32,000 bases of DNA, from NCBI GenBank assembly GCA_000025185.1, contig CP001848.1, positions 2,370,001-2,402,000 on the forward strand. The letters run 5' to 3'. The position numbers and the translations under genes were made by a program. Under the pieces are notes generated by a model. That model was given only the letters and a program-made list of their open reading frames with translations. It did not search any database and was not told the origin of the DNA. The first letter of the stretch is position 1, and every line of letters begins with the position of its first letter. This document shows positions 25,022 to 32,000 of the stretch, one piece after another. The DNA comes from Pirellula staleyi DSM 6068. GTDB lineage: Bacteria > Planctomycetota > Planctomycetia > Pirellulales > Pirellulaceae.

Positions 25022-26110
25022 CTAAGGATTTCCGACGCCGCTGTCGCTTGGCGAATCGGCATGCTTGCGATCGGGCAAGTCGCCGTTTTTGGCCACTTTG
25101 GCAATCGAGGCGAGCATCGGCATTTTCTCAGGGGCCGATTTATCGGCTACTGCCAGTGCTTTGGCCGCGAGCATTTCGTCGCTGGCGCAAAAGGCGACGA
25201 TCTCGCGTGTGCTGCGCTCGATGGTGCGGGTGATGTCGTCGGTTCGAATGTCGTCGTCGCTGGTCCCAAACGGCTCTTCCACTTCCTCGGCAATCACTTC
25301 GGTGCCGATCATAAAATAGCCCGCCAAGGCGCAGGCCAGTACGGTCCACCAGTGGAACTCCGAAATCAGCCCCCACGGCAACGAGAGGAGATAAAACACA
25401 ATCGCCTGACGAATGAACCAGAGATAGCTCCGCGAGAGCTGCGTTTTGCGAATCCGCTCGCAAGCCCCACAGATTTGCATCAGCTGATTGGCGTGCAAAT
25501 CGAGCATCATGTAGTCGAAGCGGTCGATCTTGCTGGCGTTCTGCCAGGCGGCGAGTTGCTGATAGACCAAATGCGTTAAATAGGCCGGAACGTGCTGAAT
25601 CTGAGCGTTTTGAGGAGTCACTGCTGGCGGGTAAACATCTTGCAGCCGCACTCCAAACCGCAGATGCTCTTTGAGAGCCCAGGCAAACGCAATCAGCAGG
25701 TCGGGAATGTAGTTCCGCTCCGCAGCGGGAACCTTCACCATATGCTCGACTTTGATCGTGAAGTCGCGGATTTCGTTGACCAGGCTTCCCCACAACTTGC
25801 GAGCTTCCCACCAACGGTCGTAGGCCGTGTTGGTGCGAAACACAAGAAATAGACCAAGACTCGCCCCGAGCACGGTGTGCATTTCGCCGGGAACGTTCAG
25901 ATGCTGCGTGATGTAGTGGGAATCGAGCCAAACTACCAGCGCGGTGTAGAACGTGTAGAGTACCACCCACATTGAAATGCGGATCGCAATCGTGCGCTGG
26001 TAAAACGAAATCACGCTCAAAAGCAGTCGCATCATCCGTGCTAGATTCCACCCGCGAAGTTTCGACCGGGCCGTCGTGGGGAAGAGTCTGCTGAGCAACA
26101 GCGAGCCCAC
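25022..26110 (-). CDS. bestrophin-family (UPF0187/YneE-like) anion channel homolog
   Basis: GASLGLFLVFRTNTAYDRWWEARKLWGSLVNEIRDF is the family signature. Four TM segments are present. The start could be the internal MMRLLL (26035). Confidence 0.85.
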   Translation of the reverse strand: MGSLLLSRLFPTTARSKLRGWNLARMMRLLLSVISFYQRTIAIRISMWVVLYTFYTALVVWLDSHYITQHLNVPGEMHTVLGASLGLFLVFRTNTAYDRWWEARKLWGSLVNEIRDFTIKVEHMVKVPAAERNYIPDLLIAFAWALKEHLRFGVRLQDVYPPAVTPQNAQIQHVPAYLTHLVYQQLAAWQNASKIDRFDYMMLDLHANQLMQICGACERIRKTQLSRSYLWFIRQAIVFYLLSLPWGLISEFHWWTVLACALAGYFMIGTEVIAEEVEEPFGTSDDDIRTDDITRTIERSTREIVAFCASDEMLAAKALAVADKSAPEKMPMLASIAKVAKNGDLPDRKHADSPSDSGVGNP

Positions 26111-26260
26111 GCGGGCTAAGTGACATGCAAGATGACGATTTTGTTAGGTCGTGCATCTGTGCACATCTTACACAGTTGTTCGCTGCTGACGAGCGATCTT
26201 TCACCCCCACAACGAACTATTTTCCAGCAATTCATCGACGAATAACGGAGAACCAGGGGC

Positions 26261-26773
26261 ATGCCACCGATCCGCTTCGCTTGCCAGAGTCTCCTTTCGA
26301 TTGCGCCCGAAGCGATTGCGGAGCAAATCCTCGACCTTGCGCAGTGGACGAGCTTTCAGGGCTACGGGCCGATCCCCGGCATTCGGTCCGCCACCTTTGC
26401 TCTGCGGACTGAAGGGGTCGTTGGGACCCAGATCAGCGTGGTGAATCGCGACGGCTCGGCCCATATCGAAGAGATCACCGAGTGGGAGCCAAACTCGCGC
26501 CTCGCGCTCCGGATGCACTCGTTCACACCCCCTGTCTCGCTGCTGGCGACACACTTCATTGAGACCTGGACCTTCGCCCCCGAGCCCCGCTCGAATTCCG
26601 ATGCTTCAGCCTCACCTGGGGCGCGAGAAGTGACTCGCACGCTTGCCACCCGCTCGTTCGAACTCCATCCGAGGTCGATCTTCGCCCGCCCGATCCTGTG
26701 GCTCATTTCTTTCTTCTTAAAAGCGGCGATCCAAAAACATACGCAGAAAATAGCCTCTGCTGAGGGGATTTAG
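26261..26773 (+). CDS. SRPBCC (START/polyketide-cyclase-like) family protein
   Basis: 170-aa ORF whose pattern (W..F.....I....F.........G......V..DG....E.I.EWEP...L...M) is typical of SRPBCC ligand-binding proteins. The assignment is by eye only. Confidence 0.6.
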   Translation: MPPIRFACQSLLSIAPEAIAEQILDLAQWTSFQGYGPIPGIRSATFALRTEGVVGTQISVVNRDGSAHIEEITEWEPNSRLALRMHSFTPPVSLLATHFIETWTFAPEPRSNSDASASPGAREVTRTLATRSFELHPRSIFARPILWLISFFLKAAIQKHTQKIASAEGI

Positions 26774-26838
26774 CTGTAAGATCGTGGCACATGTTACCGC
26801 CGACCATCGCCACTCTTACCACGTGAAGGAATCGCCCG

Positions 26839-27309
26839 ATGAGCGACATCGACCTTATTCACCGCTGGCTCAAGGCCTTCCAGAGCAGCGATTACGACAC
26901 GATGGCCACGTGCTATCATCCCGACGCCACCTTCACCGATATCGCGTTTGTTTTGCAGGGGCAAAAGCAAATTCATGCGATGTGGCACATGATCTGTGAA
27001 AACGGAATCGAGGTGGAGCTTAGGGAGAGCCCCCGCGCAAGTGGCGAGACGGTGACGACGAAAATCATCGACACCTATAAGCTTTCCAACACCGGCCGTC
27101 AGGTGAAGAACCCGGTGCTGTGCACCTTTCGCTTTCGCGAAGGAAAGATCATCGAGCAGCGCGACGAGTGTGATCCCATCGCTTGGGCCGCGCAAGCTTT
27201 CGGCGGCATCAAAGGGTGGTTCGTCGGCCGCATCGGCCTACTCCGCCGCATCGCCGCCCGAAAGAAAATCGAAGCCTTCATCCAGCAGCATCCCCAGTAC
27301 GCCGAATAA
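26839..27309 (+). CDS. SnoaL-like / NTF2-fold protein
   Basis: IHRWLKAFQSSDYDTMATCYHPDATFTD...REGKIIEQRDECD is the canonical nuclear-transport-factor-2/SnoaL pattern. Confidence 0.75.
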   Translation: MSDIDLIHRWLKAFQSSDYDTMATCYHPDATFTDIAFVLQGQKQIHAMWHMICENGIEVELRESPRASGETVTTKIIDTYKLSNTGRQVKNPVLCTFRFREGKIIEQRDECDPIAWAAQAFGGIKGWFVGRIGLLRRIAARKKIEAFIQQHPQYAE

Positions 27310-27321
27310 GGCCGTCAACTG

Positions 27322-27344
27322 GTAGGGCCGGTTCCACCTGCCGG
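27322..27344 (+). repeat. family C REP-like element (GTAGG GCCGGTTCCACC(t)GCC)
   Basis: Matches the reverse complement of 22923-22948 with a 1-nt insertion. Overlaps the next element's head by 2 nt. Confidence 0.75.
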
Positions 27345-27382
27345 GTGCCATGCTTTTGTCGCGCAGCAGCAAGAGCATGTGA
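27343..27382 (+). repeat. family A-short palindromic element
   Basis: GGGTGCCATGCTTTTGTCGCGCAGCAGCAAGAGCATGTGA, 38/40 to the reverse complement of 22791-22830. It lies in a 97-bp gap between convergent genes. Confidence 0.9.
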
Positions 27383-27406
27383 TTACCCGCGAGGCTGCTC
27401 CCGAAG

Positions 27407-28009
27407 CTACTTGGCGGCTTCGGCGAGGGTGGGGAGCGAGGTGGTTTGGCGGTTGGTAGCGAGTCCGAGCTGAATGGCGGCGGCGTAGCTGCCAAAGAGG
27501 ACGACACCGAAGAACATGTCCCCCGCGAGTGTGTAGCGGAAAAAGGGGAGGCCCTGCACCATGCAGTGCATCAGACCGTCGAGATCTTGCGAATAGATCT
27601 TCGAGCCGGGCCAGCAAGCGAAGTTCGAGGCGGCGTAGAACAGCAGCGACGAACTGAGCGAGCACGACAGGAGGGTGACGAGGGCGAAAGCGGTCTCGGT
27701 CCAGCGTCCTTGTTCGATTTTGAGGTAGCGGTGCAGAAGTCCGTTCCAAACGACCGGGAGGGTCAGGAAGGTGTAAACCGTGGCCATGATGTGCCATTGA
27801 TAGCCGCCGATCACCATGTCGGAGAGGCACATTGCTGCGAGGGGAACGACAGCCGCTCGCGAGGCGCTACGGAAGTAGTAGCCAGCGAAGAGGGCAATGG
27901 CGGCTATGGGGGCAAAGTTAGGTAAGTCGCGAAACGTGATGCGCATCCCAGCGCCGGCAGCCATCAGGGCAATCATTACGGCAAGGTCGGTTGCTGATCG
28001 TCGGTTCAC
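27407..28009 (-). CDS. DUF6580-like polytopic membrane protein (putative transport protein)
   Basis: About 6 TM segments in 200 aa. N-terminal NFAPIAAIALFAGYYF and C-terminal FFRYTLAGDMFFGVVLFG patterns fit my recollection of the DUF6580 family. GTG start at 28009 or ATG at 27976. It lies 65 bp downstream of the DUF4430 gene on the same strand. Confidence 0.6.
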   Translation of the reverse strand: MNRRSATDLAVMIALMAAGAGMRITFRDLPNFAPIAAIALFAGYYFRSASRAAVVPLAAMCLSDMVIGGYQWHIMATVYTFLTLPVVWNGLLHRYLKIEQGRWTETAFALVTLLSCSLSSSLLFYAASNFACWPGSKIYSQDLDGLMHCMVQGLPFFRYTLAGDMFFGVVLFGSYAAAIQLGLATNRQTTSLPTLAEAAK

Positions 28010-28074
28010 GCGTACGTCTCACTCAAAGATAGGAAAATTGCAGACTATCCAGCCTGTCACACCGCAGCCCGATT

Positions 28075-28506
28075 CTATTCGTATTCGGCGAATTGCCACA
28101 AGACCGCGTCCCCCGGCGCGAGCTCGACGAGGGCCGAACTGCGGTCTCCCAGGTCGCCATTGACGCGGAACAGCCAGTTTCGCTCCGAGCCGGTGTTGGT
28201 CAGTTCGTCGATCGCAATCACCATGGTGGTGGAGCCCCGCCCGGTGGTCTTCACTTTCACACCGCGAGGGTGTTTGACGGCCTCTTCGAGCGCGGCGAAC
28301 ACCGTCAGCTTCTCTTTCCAAGGAATTTCGGAAAAGACTTTCTTCACCCCATCGCCGTAATCCACGGTGAGGGTGACGGTTTTCGGGGCCGTTTTCTCTT
28401 GAGCCTTGAGCGCGGAGAGGCTCGGCAGCAGGCAGCCAGCAATCAGCAGAGCGGCAAACAGCCAAGTGCGGCGAGCCATCGGAAGGGAGCCGGGGAGGTG
28501 CGTCAT
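28075..28506 (-). CDS. DUF4430 domain lipoprotein (transcobalamin/intrinsic-factor beta-domain-like)
   Basis: Signal peptide with lipobox LIAGC. VTLTVDYGDG...FAALEEA...VIAIDELTN...NWLFRVNGDLGDRSSALVELAPGDAVLWQF is the DUF4430 pattern (W.y.vNG......ga....l..GD.v.w.y). Confidence 0.75.
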   Translation of the reverse strand: MTHLPGSLPMARRTWLFAALLIAGCLLPSLSALKAQEKTAPKTVTLTVDYGDGVKKVFSEIPWKEKLTVFAALEEAVKHPRGVKVKTTGRGSTTMVIAIDELTNTGSERNWLFRVNGDLGDRSSALVELAPGDAVLWQFAEYE

Positions 28507-28744
28507 CGCGATGGTTTCCCGAAATCGAAAGAGGAGCTGTTTTTCATGGATGGGACGGACTGGCAGGCTGACTAGTACTTCAAGCTATCTCGCGCTCGTA
28601 GTTTAGTTCGCAGGCCGAGCGAGGGGGAGTCGGTTTTTGCGATTGTTCCCACAGCGGACCGCTTCTCCCGGCTTTCGCCGACCGTGGTGCGTCAGTAGCA
28701 TAGCGCTTCCGGTCAATCTGCTCCTCTCTGATGCTCATGGTGTT

Positions 28745-30901
28745 ATGTCCAGTGCGATTCGCTTAACGATAGAAGATCACGTCGCGATCCTGTCGCTCGA
28801 TGTTCCTGGAAAGCGCGTGAACCTGCTGTCGGCCAGCGTCCGCCAAGAGCTGTCAGAGCATCTCGAGACGCTCGCCGCGCAAAGCGACATTCGAGGGCTC
28901 GTCATTCGCTCGGCTAAGCCGGGATCGTTCCTAGCGGGGGCCGATCTGAAGGAACTCGCAGCGCGGCTCGCTGATCCAGCCGAGCTGACCGCGCAGCTGA
29001 TCGAAACGGGACGCGCCATCTACGCCCGCCTCGCGTCGCTCCCGTTTCCCACGGTCGCCGCGATCGAAGGAGGTTGCCTCGGAGGTGGTCTCGAACTGGC
29101 TCTGTGGTGCGATGCCCGCATCGTAGCCGACACCCCTGCGACGCAGCTTGGACTCCCTGAAACCAAACTGGGGCTCATTCCAGGCTGGGGTGGCACCGCG
29201 CTTTTGCCACGTCTGGTGGGACTTCCGCAAGCGGCCAGCCTGATCACGTCGGGGCAAACGCTCTCGGCTGCGCAGAGCGCTGGGATACGGCTCGCCGATC
29301 AACTGGTCCCGAGCGACGCACTCTTAAGCGCTGTGAGGGCTTGGATCGCCGAGGTGCAAGCGGCGGGGGATTTGGCCGCGCGTCGTCAGCTGCGTGTGGC
29401 CGACGTCGTGCTGCCGCAGGCAGAGTGCGACTTTGTGCGCTTCAGCATCGCGGCCGAGCCGCTGTCGTCGGAGCCCCACCTTACACGTGCTGCCCATGCA
29501 GCACTCGATCTGGTGGTGCGGTATGCGCATCAGCCGCTCGCGCGGGCGCTCGCTGCAGAGACAAAGCTGTTCGCCGAGCTGTGGGGATCGGACGAGAATC
29601 GAGCCCTGCTGAACGTCTTTTTTCTGACCGATCACAACAAACGGGATGCGGGGCTCGATGCTCCCGCCGCGCTTCGCGATGTGCGCGAGGCGGGTGTGAT
29701 TGGCGTGGGGATCATGGGAGCCGGAATTGCCGCCGCAGCGCTCAAGCGGAACGTGCCGACCACGATTTACGACGCCGATCTCACAGCCGTCGAGCGCGTC
29801 GCACCGACGATAGTTAGCGAAGCGGCCTATTCCAAAACATTGCGGGCCGCTGATCCCGCGCAAGCGATCAAACTGGCGACGATTCTCCGCTCGGCTCACT
29901 CCGACTCCGACCTGGCCCGCTGCGATTTTGTGATCGAAGCGGTGGTCGAAAATCTCGACGTCAAAAAATCATTGCTGCCGCGCGTCGAAGCCCATCTAAC
30001 GCCCGGCGCGATTCTCGCCTCGAACACCTCGACCCTGCAGATCAGCAAACTGGCCGAAGGACTCGCGCGACCAACCGATTTTTGCGGACTCCACTTTTTC
30101 AATCCGGTCCGCCGCATGCAGCTGGTGGAAGTGATTCGTGGCGACAAAACAAGCGACCAGACCGTTGCGACCGCTGTGGCGTTTGCCAAACAGATTGGCA
30201 AGATGCCGATCGTGGTGAAAGATGGCCCCGGGTTTCTCGTCAACCGGGTCCTCTCTCCGTATCTCAACGAGGCGCTGCAGCTGTTTGCCGACGGGGCCGA
30301 GATCGATGCGATCGACGCCGCTGCGATTCGCTTCGGCATGCCACTCGGTCCGTTTCAGTTATACGACATGGTGGGGCTCGACACCGCGCTCTATGCTGGC
30401 CGCACGATGTGGGAGGCGTTTCCCGAACGTGTGCTCGCCTCGCCGGTCATTCCGGCGCTCGTGAAAGCGGGGCGTCTCGGTCAGAAAAAAGGGGTCGGGT
30501 TCTATACCTATCCCGGCAAAGGCAAGATGTCGCGGGTCGATGCCAAATCGCGCGAGATCGCGCTCCAGTATCGCCGCAAAGAATCGCGACTCGCTCCCGA
30601 ATCGCTCGCCGATCGACTCTTGTTTCCGATGCTCCTCGAGGCAACGCGGCTGCTCGAAGAAGGGCGCGCTCGCGATCCACGCGATGTCGATCTCGGCGTG
30701 ATCTTTGGACTCGGATTTCCGTCGAGTCGAGGGGGACTGCTCTACTGGGCCGATACCATCGGCGCGAGTGAAATTTTGCGCCGACTCGAGCCGCTGGCCG
30801 ACATTGGTCCCCGCATGCAGCCGACCGAACTCTTGCGCGAAATGAGCCGGACGGGTAAGAAATTCTACGATCTTGTGACCACCCCACCGCTCCCCAGCTG
30901 A
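28745..30901 (+). CDS. fatty-acid oxidation multifunctional enzyme (enoyl-CoA hydratase + 3-hydroxyacyl-CoA dehydrogenase), FadB/FadJ-like
   Basis: N-terminal crotonase fold (FLAGADLKEL, GGCLGGGLELALWCD, LGLPETKLGLIPGWGGT). NAD-binding GVIGVGIMGAGIA and HCDH blocks (HFFNPV..M.LVEVI, GPGFLVNRVL). Start at ATG 28745 (MSSAIRLTIEDHVAIL) inside the longer track ORF. Confidence 0.9.
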   Translation: MSSAIRLTIEDHVAILSLDVPGKRVNLLSASVRQELSEHLETLAAQSDIRGLVIRSAKPGSFLAGADLKELAARLADPAELTAQLIETGRAIYARLASLPFPTVAAIEGGCLGGGLELALWCDARIVADTPATQLGLPETKLGLIPGWGGTALLPRLVGLPQAASLITSGQTLSAAQSAGIRLADQLVPSDALLSAVRAWIAEVQAAGDLAARRQLRVADVVLPQAECDFVRFSIAAEPLSSEPHLTRAAHAALDLVVRYAHQPLARALAAETKLFAELWGSDENRALLNVFFLTDHNKRDAGLDAPAALRDVREAGVIGVGIMGAGIAAAALKRNVPTTIYDADLTAVERVAPTIVSEAAYSKTLRAADPAQAIKLATILRSAHSDSDLARCDFVIEAVVENLDVKKSLLPRVEAHLTPGAILASNTSTLQISKLAEGLARPTDFCGLHFFNPVRRMQLVEVIRGDKTSDQTVATAVAFAKQIGKMPIVVKDGPGFLVNRVLSPYLNEALQLFADGAEIDAIDAAAIRFGMPLGPFQLYDMVGLDTALYAGRTMWEAFPERVLASPVIPALVKAGRLGQKKGVGFYTYPGKGKMSRVDAKSREIALQYRRKESRLAPESLADRLLFPMLLEATRLLEEGRARDPRDVDLGVIFGLGFPSSRGGLLYWADTIGASEILRRLEPLADIGPRMQPTELLREMSRTGKKFYDLVTTPPLPS

Positions 30902-30943
30902 GCGTGCTTTTGTGTCGCTGCCGCTTTCCTCGTGAGCCGCTTG

Positions 30944-32000
30944 CATGCCTGCATCCGCCGTGATCGTCGATGCGATTCGCACTCCTGTCGGAAAAAGTTC
31001 CGAGAGTCACGGCCTCTATCGACAAACTCGCTCCGAAGATCTGGTGGTTGCCTGCCTGCGAAAGCTAGTCGAGCGCTGCGAACTCGATCCGCACAGCATC
31101 GACGATATCTACTTGGGCTGCACGCAGCAGCTCCGCGAGCAAGGGCTTAACATCGCGCGAATGGCTGCCCTTCTCGCAGGCTTTCCACCGACCGTGCCGG
31201 GAGCGACGATCAATCGCCTGTGCGGCAGCAGCCTCGAAGCGATTCGCATCGCCGCACAGCAGATCGAGCTTGGCGAAGCTGAAGCGATTCTCGCCGGTGG
31301 TGTCGAGCATATGCAGCATTTGCCGATGGAATCGACAGTCGATTTGCATCCGGAACTGGCGCGCTATACCTCCCGCGCGAGTGTGCGCATGGGAATGACA
31401 GCCGAGTTTCTGGCGGAGCGGTTTTCGATTACACGCGCGGAGCAAGATGCGTTTGCCCTGGAGAGTCATCATCGCGCAGCACGCGCTGCTGAGCAGGGCT
31501 GTTTCGCGCGCGAAATGGTGCCGATCTCGGGTCTCGATACAAGCGGTCAGCCAGTGCTGGCCACGCGCGATCAGCCGACGCGGGGGGATACATCGCTCGA
31601 GCATCTCGCAGCGCTCCCTGCTGCCTTTTGTCGCCACGGATCGGTGACTGCCGGCAACAGCTCGCCCCTTTCCGATGGGGCTGCGATCACTCTTGTGATG
31701 GACGAAGCGACGGCGAAAGCACGCGGACTTCAGCCCCTCGCGCGGATCGTCGGCAGCGCGGTGGCGGGGCTCGAGCCGTCGCTGATGGGGCTCGGACCTG
31801 TCGTCGCCTCGCGCAAGCTGCTCGCGAAGCAGAAGCTCGACGTCGCCGAGATCGATCGCTGGGAACTGAGCGAAGCGTTCGCCGTGCAGACACTCGCCTG
31901 CATCGAGCAGCTGGGGCTCGCGCCGCAGCGCGTGAATCTGTCGGGAGGTGGGCTCTCGATCGGGCATCCGCTCGGCGCCAGTGGTGCGCGAATGATGGCG
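30944..32000 (+). CDS. fadA: acetyl-CoA C-acyltransferase (3-ketoacyl-CoA thiolase), 3'-truncated by the window end
   Basis: My own translation from ATG 30944 gives MPASAVIVDAIRTPVGKS...ATINRLCGSSLEAIRIAAQQIELGEAEAILAGGVEHM...GGGLSIGHPLGASGARMMA, with thiolase active-site Cys and C-terminal motifs. The ORF is open to the window edge and so is absent from the ORF track. Confidence 0.9.

Noticed and set aside
25140-26210. 356-aa alternative-frame ORF on the same strand as the bestrophin-like gene
   Set aside because: It is Arg/Ser/Ala-rich nonsense. The 25022..26110 frame carries the RTNTAYDRWWEARKLWG signature.
31065-31967. 300-aa ORF antisense to the thiolase gene
   Set aside because: The sense frame, open to the window end, has thiolase active-site motifs. 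The antisense product is Arg-rich with no motifs.
1-32000. tRNA, rRNA, tmRNA or RNase P genes
   Set aside because: By eye I found no T-loop (GGTTCGAATCC-like), RNase P (GAGGAAAGTCC) or tmRNA signatures. This was not an exhaustive search.

Overview
High-GC segment (about 60-63% in hand-counted 60-nt samples) whose gene content points to a Planctomycetota (Pirellulales-like) chromosome. It carries a DUF1559 H-X9-DG prepilin-like protein, a DUF1549/DUF1553 + DUF1501 gene pair and many lipoproteins. Housekeeping genes recognised from the translations are lpxA, ribD, thiE (with an N-terminal extension), clpC, a fadB/fadJ-like multifunctional enzyme and a thiolase that runs off the 3' end. Other calls are a bestrophin-like channel, SRPBCC and SnoaL-like proteins, a DUF4430 lipoprotein + DUF6580 membrane protein pair, a SlyX-like protein, a DUF2132/VF530 protein and several unassigned ORFs. 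No tRNA, rRNA, CRISPR array, transposase or integrase was seen. The most unusual content is non-coding. Almost every long intergenic gap holds copies of two palindromic element families in both orientations. Family A/B is a GGGTG(C/G)CA-headed hairpin and family C is a GTAGG-headed hairpin. Both show near-exact dispersed copies and compensatory stem changes, so they behave like REP/BIME elements. The GTAG head is the known recognition hallmark of REP-associated tyrosine transposases. One interval (3875-6404) is an accessory-looking islet of small, lower-GC ORFs punctuated by these hairpins. It also has duplicated promoter-bearing leaders and a truncated gene remnant. Further oddities are two sharply lower-GC patches inside the conserved cores of the DUF1549/1553 and DUF1501 genes, and a candidate corrinoid-uptake pair (DUF4430 + DUF6580). 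All family assignments come from motif recognition by eye; no searches were run.
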